From: Macrostomum lignano
Taxonomy: Eukaryota
Direction of reading: 5' to 3'
Assembly (NCBI GenBank): GCA_002269645.1
Contig: NIVC01001050.1
Location: forward strand, 59,683 to 123,682
Length of the DNA: 64,000 nt
The position numbers were made by a program, and so were the translations under genes. Positions within the stretch are counted from its first letter, which is position 1, and each line of letters opens with the position of its first letter. The notes beneath the pieces were generated by a model. It did no database searches and was not told where the DNA came from. It saw nothing but the letters and a program-made list of their open reading frames with translations. This document shows positions 1 to 11,863 of this stretch, one piece after another.

Positions 1-1306
1 ATGCACTGTGTATAATCCCACAGTACTGAAACACTTGCCAAATACGAGTTCAAAAAACTGAAGTTCCACTTCGATTGTACTAATTCTGCGTCAGATTTAA
101 ACGCAGAGTACAGTGTAGCCAGGCGTACAGACAGGACTGTACAGGCAGGCAATGTGCAGACAGGCAATATATGTACAGGCTGGTCGGGAATCTCACCCAG
201 CGGGGGGCCGGGGGGTTTGGGGTGGGTGTGCAGTTGAATGATCTAAGTTTATTCCGCGGTGCGGCCGAGGCGCGGCCCCGGTCTGCCGCGGAAAAGCCAG
301 GGGACATTGTAACACTCTGGCCTGAGGGGCTGCTGCGAATCTATTGTGCAAAAATATGCATTCGAAATCAACCTCTAAAAGATGCTTGTTGCAGTTTGCC
401 TGCCGCACTAAATAGGCAAGCCCCCCCCCCGAGACTCTAAAAAGTCTATTGCGGCTTGCTTTCCTGTGTGCTATGGTTGCATTTCATAAACAGAAATTTG
501 GTTGGCAGTCTACCCGCAGCTCAGATAAGATAGCAAGTGCAGTGCTTTGGCCCTATTCATGCCAATTCATGGGGCAGGATAAGTTAAAGAGTACTCTTCT
601 TATCTTAGCCTTATATTATTTTTCCAGTCTCATCCTGGTAAAAAAAACACAGCTTGAAAAGTTCAATTTGCAAAGGAAATAACATCGTTAAGAGTATATA
701 GAGTTATATTTTGCAGATACCAATATCAATGTCATTCGAATTATGAAACTTTTGATAAAACCCTAGAGGAGTTTTATCGCTTTAAATGCCAGAAAGATAC
801 AATAACGAGGTTATTTTTAATAGACAATCGATTTAGGCATCGATATTTTTGGAATATAACGATACCTAGCCTATGACAATATCAACAGTTCATAAGTAGA
901 ATGTAAAAGTAGGTAAGAAAATTGAATTACAGAAATCATGCATGCATAGAAAGTGCTGTGCACTCAAATACAGCTAACTGTACAAAAGCATGAAGTAGCT
1001 ACTCGCTTTTTGAAAATGAAATGACTGAAGATAAACAGAGCATGTAGATGTGCTGTTGTTGAAAGCCATGACCATGAAACAAGATAAATTGAGAATAAAC
1101 AGATTATTAGTACATCCACTACGGACATTAAGGCTAAAGCCAGTGCTAAATATTCAATGACGCAGTGAAAAAAAGTTAAATTTTTGTGTCAGTTCAAGTT
1201 GCGAACGTTTCACAAATAAGCCTATTCAATGCAGTATACACGCTTCATGGTGGTGTGTTCGATAGATTTGTACAGAACGCACAGTAGAAGTTTAGAAGCG
1301 GATAAA

Positions 1307-2757
1307 TCAGTAGCTGAAGCTCTGAGGCCGAGACACTTGTCGCAGAGTGCGCTTGAATCGCGTCATCTCCTCCATCGACCGTTCGCCAAATCGGTAAATT
1401 CGCTTCTTCTTTCCTTTGCCAGCGTTCAGGTACTCGAAGAAACCTTCTGTTCTTTCTCGCCGGACCCTGTCGAATGTATTTTATGTACGAAATTAATTTA
1501 AAACATCAAACAGGTGTTAAAGTAACTTTGGAATTTCAGTACTCACCGCATTGCCCTAGCAAAAGTGTCATAGTTTCCCTTCTTGTTTCCCTTAATCTTC
1601 TGCCACAGAAGTCCCATTGTCTCCGTGTCGAGGGTCTTGAAGTGTCGAGCTTCGGAAGTCACTTCGCGACCATTTTCGTCACAGAAGGTGAGAATCCGCT
1701 GCAGGTCTCTAGACTTGTCGCCGTAGGATGAATTCAGCAGGATAACTAGAATCACCTCGTGCACTTTCAGCTTTGATGACATGTCGTCTGGTTTGCTTCC
1801 ACGCTTTTCTGCAGGATTTAAGGTGGTTAAATACGAGTATAAGCTATATCAACTGAGATTGTTTGAGTACGTCTGGTTCAGGCAACTACCCAACACATAC
1901 CAATCACTTCGCGAACATAGGCGGCCATGCGCTGAATCTCCTGCTCGCGGTCAAGCGAAACCGATGTGCTGCCGATCGTTGACTCGCCGTCCTCAGAGCC
2001 GAACGTGAATCGGGTGTCGACACTTTCAGCCGGGCTGATCAAATCGAAGGCTGGCGTATCTACCACCGGCTTTACTGTCGACGGCTCGCACTGCGGCAGG
2101 CTGTCTGTAGACACATCGGCAGGCTGCGATAGTCTAATTTCAGCTTGGGTCTGCTTCCCGTTTTCGAAGCCTTTACCCAACTCGGATGAACTGTTGTCAC
2201 CTTTGTAGAATTGACCCATCAGATTAATTGTAGGAATGGGCTTCTCAAAAGACTGATCGCTTTGTTTTTGCGTCCGGATTAGTGTCACAGTGACTGGCGG
2301 TGCCGGATTCTTAGTAGGCTGTAACAGGAAAGCCACCAATTGATGCGTTTAAGCAACTGACTCATTTTAGATTAGCAGTTTTTTAAACTAACTACTGAGC
2401 TAAGGACTCATTTTTTGTTCTTACGTGAACTTGCGGCAGGTCTGGAACTGCGCTAACGGTCACGGACACGTCTGAGGCGCTGTACTCGTTCAGCAAATCA
2501 GCCAGAATTGTCTCGTCGCTGCTGACGCTGGACTCCATTGTCTGAGGCACAACGTTGGACATCTCCGCGAGTAGAACTACGCTCGGATCCTCAGCATAGG
2601 TCTGAGGCGCTGTTGAAGCTATGCTAGGACCAGGAAGGACCTCTTGTCCAAGGTCCAGCTGCTCTGGCACGCTTGTCACATTGAGATTCGGATCAGTGAT
2701 CGACAATTCATCGACTTCCATGAATTCGAAATCTTGAAGCCTAGTCTCAGGGTCCAT
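1307..2757 (-). CDS. Divergent ETS-domain transcription factor, paralog A (~390 aa; exons 2757-2425, 2318-1901, 1808-1547, 1466-1307)
   Basis: Four exons join with canonical GT-AG ends and matching phases (0, 1, 2). The C-terminal part VHEVILVIL...ILTFCDENG...HFKTLDTETMGLLWQKIKGNKKGNYDTFARAMR|VRR...KKRIYRFGERS follows the ETS fold pattern (LWxFL...IxW...FK...VARLWG.RK...NYxKLSRAxR...RxxYxF). The N-terminal two-thirds is acidic and S/T/P-rich. An AG at 2761-2760 just before the ATG suggests an upstream non-coding exon. Confidence 0.8.
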
Positions 2758-5015
2758 AACTGTTGTTTGCTAGTTTTTTCTGTGTTTATGATTTGTATAT
2801 TTGGATTTGTAGCAGAGACTCTGCTTCTAGTGCTAATTTTGAAGCAGACGGGCGGCATGCTGCGAGGCTTTTTCTAAGAAATCGTCTGAGCAACAACCCC
2901 TCTACCTCAGCAGCAACCCCATGCCTTCTACTGTACAATAAGTGTACAAGTCTGGACATGGAACTGAAGGAGAGAATTGAAGTTCCCTTCTGCGATCTAT
3001 TTTTAGCACAGGAGCTTTCCGCGGAATTCCCGAGGACAAGCCAGTGTTTGCAGACAGACGGACGGAAAAGTCTCATTTGATTACTTTCAATAGTAAAATA
3101 GGAAAGCTAGAGAATTTTGTGATGAATTTAACAAGAATGAAACAAACATTCGAAACTTTCTATACACTTTTTTATTATGATTTTCAGATTCGTACGTACA
3201 TAAAATCCTCAATAGCTTTCCTTTCAATCGTATGGGGGCAAATAGGTTCGAAAAAAAGTACGAAATCATGGGCTTCTGAGTTATTGAGACAGATGTCACT
3301 CAATGTACCGTGATTTCCTTGATCGGAGGTCAAGCCAGGGGCCCAGAGTTTGTGTTTCATTCTGATTTTTTGGCACAGAATCACCAGATAACGATAATGG
3401 TCGAACATTTTCCGTAAATTTAATAAATGCAAACTACCTTTTTTGTTAAGAGCTTTCAGAAGTGCAACGATCGAAAAGCATTGGCGGTGCTGCTAGCAGC
3501 CATTGTCAAGCCCGCCTGTTTTGACAGTCGTTCGGACGCGGCTATTCGTCTCCGGAGTGTTCAAGGCGGATCCCAGGGGTGCTGAACAGACTGGGCAACG
3601 GTCTGGTGACCTATCGAGGGTCTCGGCTGAAATGGGCGCAAAGCTCACACGTGCCCCTAGCCCGTCTTTTCCTAGGAGTCTACAGGAAGTCAAGTCAGGA
3701 TGGCCACCTCGGCTGCTGAGGCTTTTGAAGCAACGGCGCAACATGTGGCCGACGCCAAAGTTTCTTCACGTGGCAACATTTGCGTCAATTACATCCTGGG
3801 ACTGACTATAAAAAGGCCAAGATCCAGCTGCAAAAGTGTGGGGCGCGATTGACTCCATCTGGACTGACTGTTTTGTGGAGAGTGTACTCGTATCTACATC
3901 AGCAATGAGTCCTGCAGTTTCTCCAGCAGTTTCAGACGATTAGTGTTCCTTTTCTGAGCCGCCCGTACTGCTCTTATTTTTCATTGATTTATTAGCTTGT
4001 GCTTGAAGAGGCCGCAGACTGAAAAGATCATAAGACTGAGAGGTAAAAACTCAAAACGAATTAGTCTAACCTACGCTCTGCTACGAGTACAATCTCACCG
4101 AAATGGATGTGAGCGAATAATTGGGTTCGGAAAAAAGGTTTCTGCACACGCCAAACCAGTTTTTCTGAGTCTAAAATACAAGCTAAAAATGCAGTTGTGT
4201 TTTCTATGGACTTGGCAAAAATTTGCATTTTTGCACAGCGCAAAATGGCATTACGCAGTAGACAATCTTTTAATTCTTTAGAAAATGTTCTTAAAATTTT
4301 GTGTTTAGTTTTGCAACACTGTTTCCGTTTGCAACCACAAAACCATCCCGAATTCTTGGAATTGAAGTCACTACTTGCGATTGCTAAAATATTGAAAACT
4401 TCTTATCGCGTTTATGCAGTTTTCTTTTGGCCAATGACCCAAATATCTTTTTTTGATATCTACCCTCGTATAATTAGCTCGCAAGTCGCAAAGTAGTGAG
4501 TTAGATGAAATTTCAAGGTAAACAATTTGCTGCTTGCGTTGCGATGTGGCAATAAAATGTTACCGTGTCTAAAAGAAGAAAAGGGCAGAATAATGCAAAC
4601 ATAAATGGCTCGAGTTTATACTGTTTTTTCATTGAAGTTAAGAATAGTAGTACCGTATGACTAATTTAGCAAAGTGCTAGAGTTATTGCTGCCGCCCCAT
4701 TTTTCAGTTTATAGTGTATAGTTATCGATCCATACTTGGCTCTGGACAGTCTTGGCCGGAGCTATGTACACTCAATTTAGTGAACAGGGTGGGTATGTGC
4801 GCCTTACCCCAGCACTCCAGGACCAGGAAAGTACTTATCAAGCAGCGAGGAGAGGAGAGAGAGAGAGAGCGAAATCTCTCACCCTCAACCACCCCTCCAA
4901 CCTCATCCAAGGCCAGACTATCTCTCCACAAAACCCCGTGACTGTGGTACTGTAAACAGGGCAGTTGAAACCGAAAGAAACGCTTTCTCCAACTCTGTCA
5001 AAGCAAGCAGAAGAC

Positions 5016-8000
5016 ATGTCTGACATGGACAGTGTCGAATTCATGGAAGTTGACGGTCAGGAGTAAGTAAAAAGCTTTTAAATTCTTATTTAATTTTTTA
5101 CAGTACTCTTTCACTGACTTTTATTCTACCGATATGATCTAATACTTTTGTCTTTATTCGATTTATTCAATGATTTAAAGCAAATTTGAAGTCTCATTAG
5201 TTTACTTTACTTAGTTTACTTAGTTTACTTTGCCATATAAGATGCTGGTTTTGATTTAAATATTGCTTACAGAGTATGTTAAACTTCGTTCTTATTCAAT
5301 CAATACACCCACAATTTAAAAACCATCTTTCAGCCTTCAGGAGCAAGGTCTGTCCTTGCCAGATTTGGACATATTGAAGCCATCTGAAGATGTTCGTGGC
5401 CGACTTCCAGGCTGGAATATCCCAGCTACTACGACGTTTTCAGCGTCGCCAGGGAAAATATCGCTTTTTCCTCAAAAGCAGGCCGTTGTCGAGGAGTGTG
5501 AGAAGATCCTGCTACCGCCAGGCCCTAGTGAATCGCGGAGGCAGCAGACGAACGAGCCAGTCTGCCCGCAGGAGTTCTGTCCTGAGGAGCTTGATGACCT
5601 GGCTATGGGTGCTGACAGCGCCGCCCCAGGCCTGGAAGGATTTGACTATCTTCTGGACGAAGAAGACGTGAACGTCTTGCCAGTCCTATCGGCGGCTGAC
5701 GTCGAAGCAGCATTACCAGGCGCTATTCTGGGCGATGCAGAGTCAGAGGATGTGTTCGCCCCTAGCGTGCCGTCCCTACAGCCTGCAGGTACAGAAATAT
5801 ATCTGTCACCTCTGAATCGGCGCGAGCGTCGACCGACTATCACTCTGATGCTCACAGCGAAAGAGGAGTCGCTCGGCTGCCCCTCAACTGGGGAAATTGA
5901 GCAGGACATTTATCATGAGTTGATGGATGACAGCTGCGGGATTTCCAGTGATGTGGCTTGTGAGCACAGCTTCTCACCTGCTCCGTAAGTGGAATTTTGA
6001 GTGCTAAGTTTATACTTTTAAAAACTTGGAATGAGCCAAGAAAGTCAAGTTTAGATTAACAATGCAAGTTTGAAGAAAAGGTTGAGCCGTTTTTTCTGAA
6101 ATCTATCTCACACATACATACATACAGACAACTCATTTTTAGTATATAGGAAATTGTCCATAAAACTGACAGGTCACCATCGATTGGAGAAAGCCAAGCG
6201 TATTGTGACACGGCCAAATATATTCTCGATCTGCATCGGGAGCTCTCCCGGGGTGAGAAGACTATCTCTTCGTTTTCGTTCTGATGACTATAAACCATAA
6301 ATAGCTTAACAATGATGCTATATCTGACTTTTTCGACCCGCACTCTAAACAGACGTGCCGCTGTCGAAGAAGAAGCCGATGCTTCACGAATTCCTCGGCT
6401 ACATTCTACACAGGGGAGCCGAGGACTCGAAGCTTTCCACGTTAAGAACTGCCATTTTCTTCTGCGAAGAAGATGGCAAGCGCGCAGACCCGGGGCAACC
6501 GCGGCAGTATTTTCGCGTCGCAGACTTTTCGGCCGTCTCTGAGGTCTGGAAGAGAATAAAGTGCAATTCTTCCAGCGACTGCACAAAGAATATGAAAAGA
6601 GCGATGCGGTGAGTTTCAAAAGCTTGGAGGCCGAATAATGGGGGTGGGGTACAAATGTGCTGGCTGCAGTTTGTCATTGTCTCTCAGTCTCAAGTCCTAA
6701 CCCACTGTCACCATCACGGTCCGCTAACTAGAGAGCATCTACCGACTAAAGTAGGTAAAAATATAAAGAATAAGACCTCAAATAGGTCTTGTAAAGAAAC
6801 CCGCCATCTTTAAAAAGATGCAGACTCTATTGTAAATATTTTTGGGCAAGATTTGAATGCAGTGTGCTTCACTGGCGAAAAACGAAATAAAAAAACGGCA
6901 TTTAGTCTTGGCAACGCGCACTGAGAAAAAGAGGGTAGGGGGTGAGGCAGAAAGAGACAGCACTGTACTGTACGTACTGGAGTCGCTTCAAGGGTTGAGG
7001 TGGTCGTCGTTTCCCGCGGGACGGCCAGTGGAGGGGTTGTCGTATTTCCAAGAAATTTTCTGCCACTGCACTTTTATCGCGACTGTCATGCCAGCGAGTG
7101 TGTTTACGCTTTTTGATTTCATTGCAATGGCAAAGCTGCTAGCAAAATGCAGAGGGGTTTGGCCAACGGAAAGAGCCGAGCTGCCTTACTATAAACCATG
7201 AGCTATTTCATTGCATTTGCATTCGCTTTGCGACTCATGCCCAATAGTCGCTGACAATACAAGGCAGGTTTATTTGACTAGTGTTCTGCTTGTGCTAACG
7301 ATAAAAAATATTGTATATGCTTATCGATTGCTCTTGCTATTTACCAAGTACAGCTTTAGGTAGAAAAACGGGAAACTTTGTTTCTTAGAAAGCTTTGTAA
7401 ACTCCATGGATGACTTGGCTTTACGTGAAAATTAAAACTGCCAAGATAGGACGATAGCTTATTTTGGTATCAATATTGACGATCTAAATAGGAATTCGGA
7501 CAATCAAAACGGGACTCCATAGAGATTTAAGCCATGGCCACAGGTCACACCCTAGTCATGGACTTAGCAGTTTAGCAAAGTCTACTTAGGGAGGCTTGGC
7601 CATAGACTATAACTTTAGACATTCAAAATATGGGAAAAGCCATTCATACAAGGGTTGTGTATCCCAAGCAGCCCGAGTCTGTGGCCTGGCTTGAATGTCT
7701 ATGGCGTCCCGTTTTGATTGTCCGAATTCCCATTTAGATCGTCAAAAAACGATAGCAGATAGCGCAGTTATTTTTGCGCTTAAAAATGAAGTATTCGTCT
7801 CTGGGTTGTGTATTTCTTGCTCAAAGTCTCGTCTTCTCTTCAAAGACTTTTTAAGTTTCCGACTCAACTCACTCATTCATGGATGTAAATGTGATTCACT
7901 TTCGTAACACGACGCATTTTCAAATGAATTTATTTTGCAGAATGTCGACGACCAACGATCGGCATTACTTTATTAATCTGTCTCAGAAATTGCACCGAAT

Positions 8001-8070
8001 GCAGGTGTTCCGCTTCGGCGAACGAAGCCTGGAACACTTCAAGAAGGTGTTCCCAACCGCCTACCAGTGA
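5016..8070 (+). CDS. Divergent ETS-domain transcription factor, paralog B (~387 aa; exons 5016-5062, 5334-5984, 6173-6252, 6353-6608, 7941-8070)
   Basis: Five exons join in frame (phases 2, 2, 1, 2). The ETS-like region reads LHEFLGYIL...IFFCEEDG...YFRVADFSAVSEVWKRIKCNSSSDCTKNMKRAMR|MST...QVFRFGERS. It shares with paralog A the N-terminal EFMEVD motif, the RAMR phase-2 intron (ATG CG|GTGAG) and the (Y/F)RFGERS end. Confidence 0.8.
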
Positions 8071-11000
8071 TTCCGGCGAGTGATATTTTTGGATTTTCAG
8101 TTAACACGAACTGTGCCCTAGTTCGTGTGTTTGTTTATCTATTAATGTATACCTGCACTATGTAATTAAATCTTACTCGCTAATCTATTTATTTGGACTT
8201 TAGCCATGTTAAAAGTGTCAATACACAAGTATATATACATGCTTCATGTACTGTATAATTTTCATAACCCCCTATGAGATTCAGCCTCTGATTAGTAAGT
8301 GTTTAAACCGAGTGACGTATCTAGTTTTTGTTATACTAGTTGTATTGCAGGTTTAAAAGTTTTATTATTATACTTAGCAGGCTTATTGTTAGCAAAAAAT
8401 AGGGTCACGTCTCGTAGTACACTCGAAGTAGGTACATTGTATATAGTTGGTAAAGCGTAATTTTTGAAAAATTTAACTCCTACGTTTTAGCAAGATTGCA
8501 ATCGTTTTTGTTTGTGATTTTGTGAATTTAAGGTAATTTTACAAGTCATTTTTGCGTCAATTAGTGTTCGAATATTTCCTGTGCTGTATAAACTCTTAGT
8601 CTATGAAACAATACAGGTTCAGAAGTCATTGCATTGTATTTAGCTTGATGATGATACTTTTCACTCATTTTTTATTTTCTATCGTACTTTATTATGCGAC
8701 AATAAAGACGAACAATGGATGCTACTAACTTGTTAGTAGTAGGTCAGATTCATGGGGTTCACTCATACATAGTATAAGCCATATATAGTTGTTTTTCCTT
8801 AAGTTACTTCGTAAAATCGTAGATATGAATACATAAAAGAGAATTAAAAAATAGATCGGAGCTACTTTCACTTCAGACAATATAACTTATCTTGCAGCGA
8901 ATTTATCATGCTCGACACTTTTGTAATAGTAAGACGACCACAAAATTCAAACAAAAATTACTGTAGTTACAAACCTTTTTCAGGGCTTCTATGAGAGATT
9001 GAAGATCAGCAATAACTATATATTTGATCACATGACTGTTTATAAGCTGCTGAAACTATGAAACGACGCGGCGCATGAAGTATATCTTAACTTTTTCATC
9101 GCAACTTTTGTTCTGCTTTAATTTAACAGCGAATATTAATAAGCAGCTTCACATAAAAATTATGCACTACATGTAGTCTTATTACTTGGTCCGGAAGTTG
9201 TAGGATGATTTGTTGTAAAGATTAGCAAAATTGGTAGTCAGGCGACAGGCGCGTGCACAGCTACAACAATTTAATGTACATGTATTAATTGTCAAACTCT
9301 GCTCGAATTGGCTCGAACAGCTTGAGGTTGACGGCATCTCGATCGCGCCGACATCCTGCAGCTCCACTTAGGTGACGGTTTACGAACAGCATATAATGTC
9401 ACACCAATCTAATATCAGCTTGAAAAAACATTTTATGTGTCTGCTTGCGTAAGTATAATTGTTCATATTTTAACCGTTTCGGTAGCTACAGGTTTACTGC
9501 CTGTGCAGTACTATAGCTACTAACAGTAGTAAGCTGGATTTTCGAAAAGTGCGTTTGCCAAATTATATAAAAACTTTGAGTTTTGAAGCTTGGTGAAACA
9601 TATAAAACCTTTTTCTTTGCTTTTAGTCTGTATCCCTTTGTGTAATTTGGTTAAATAATTGATAGCGCATTTTATGTACCCCCAAGCTTAATGTACTGAA
9701 CTCTTGTGTCTTCTACAGTGCAGTACTACATGTAACGAGACTTCTTTACTTTTTTAACTCTGATGATAATATTTCTGGGCATCGCCAATGTATCGTAAAA
9801 TTGCTATGTGAACTTTTATCTGTTAATAAAGAATAGAATAAATATACTCGCTTTCATAAATTTGCTCTGACACCGAGTGAGTTTCTTTGCTGATTACTCA
9901 AAAATGAGGCAAATTCTACGTTGCAAACTATAGTAGGTTTAAATACATAAAACAAGCTTGAGTGCCTTTACTGTGCTCACTGCTGCTAGTAGTATGTACG
10001 AGCTCTCACAGAAAGGTTGCTAGAAGGTTGTTTAATGGTGGGTTACTAACGTTGGCCTACAACGTTGAAAAAACCGTACAAAAGCGGTTCAAAATTGATG
10101 TAATTTAAATTTTAAAGAAACACCAAATTTCAATGATTGGAAAAACGTTGCACCAACATAATAAGTGGCACGATCCGGGCTAGTCCATCGTCCTATGCAA
10201 GTGTCAACCTGTTGTGTTGTCAGCGACTTTAGTTGGCTGAGGCCACGTCTGCCACGCTTAGTCGTTCATGTACTATATATACCCATAGCCGGTGCAGGAA
10301 CTGCTGCCACTGATGCAGACGCTTTGAAAGGGCATATACATGCATGCAGTACATGCATACGGTGAATTAAATGTTTGTTGAAGGTTACGAATTCAAGCAT
10401 CACACACCTGCGGTTTATCTATATGAATTCATTTGAATGCTAAAACATCTACCAATTGCCATAGGAATACCAAGCCATTTTTCACTCCGTCGAACTATAT
10501 GTACAGTTTACCAAGAGGGAATTCGACCCCCCTGACATTTTTGCTGCGCCGAAACAGAGCAATTCGATTCGTGGACCGTCGAGATATTCAACGATTTTAC
10601 CAGGTCGGATTTTCCTATAAAGCCCTAGTGTATTTAGGTACACCCCTGTGCGCCAATATTAGCACCGCGCCTCAGTGCAGCCTTGCCAAGCCTTTAAACT
10701 TTATCAGCCCGTCGACCACATGTGTCTGCATCAGCTCTGACTTCGTTGGTCACACTGGCTTTCTCCCAGGCGGAGCTTCTGGACCTTCAGAGATGGCACC
10801 AGGAGACTGTAGACACGTTGTTGCGAATTTCTGGAGTGTCGCTCGACAGTGGGCAAATCACAACTGCCGGACATCCTCAGCTAGTCTCTCAAATACACCT
10901 ACAAATACATCTAGTATAGCTTCTACTGCAGGGGCTTGAACCTCCCTGAGTCCCTAATTACCTTCTTTGAAAATCTCCATGTGAGCCGCTATAACGCCTT

Positions 11001-11078
11001 GATTATTCCATTTTCGTAGTGAGAATCAGTAGTTACTCTCGTAAATTAAATTTCTTGTCCAGTCGTACAGTCGCCAAT

Positions 11079-11222
11079 CAAATACATGTACTTTTAGGGG
11101 CACCAAATAAATGTACTTTTAGGGGCACCAAATACATGTACTTTTAGGGGGCACCAAATGCATGTAATTTTAGGGGGCACTAAATACATGTACTTTTAGG
11201 AGCACCAAATACATGTACTTTT
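11079..11222. repeat. Minisatellite, ~25-27 bp unit AAATACATGTACTTTTAGGGGCACC, ~5.5 copies
   Basis: Tandem copies are directly visible, with variable G-run length. Confidence 0.9.
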
Positions 11223-11863
11223 GAAATCCGATTGGGTGATGCACCGCGGCGCCACCCATCGACATTTGCAGCTGCCATTAAAAACAGATTCAAAATGTAA
11301 CTGCAAGTTAAAATGACGTCATTTACGCTGCTATGAGTGTCCATGTACTCAACGACTACAAGTAGCTCAAAAATGCTGTAATTGGAATGAATATGAGCAA
11401 TTTTCTTGTCACTTATTTGGGACTGACGGATTGTAGCCCGAATAATATGCTAAGACCACTGCAGTTGATTTATATAGACGCTCACCGATTCTCATGCAAG
11501 ATATAAAATAATTGCTGCTCATTGACGTCAGTTTTGCACATGCAGCGACGCGTAGCCATAACACCATTCGGCTTATTAAGAAGATCGTGAGAACGCAGAA
11601 AGACTCGGTGAATTTGGAGCTGTTAGTAACTGTTTTGGTGCATGTGTAGAATATGCTCTTCAGTCAGCTTGATTGACAGCATATTTAACTGTTTTAATAA
11701 AGCACAGCACATAGCTGCATCCAAATTTATTTATATGCTTGAACACTGCAGCTGTACTGACTAGCTTTAGCCAGTCAAATCCAGCTTCTAACTTGAGTTA
11801 AAAGCTAGCCTGAGTAGATCTGTAGTGAGGGCAATTGCAGACCACTGTTACAGGTAAGACTGG

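Noticed and set aside
3690-3910. TATA-like CTATAAAAAGG and short protein-like frames between the two ETS genes
   Set aside because: It cannot be tied to either start site without TSS data, and the frames are under 60 aa with no recognisable motif.
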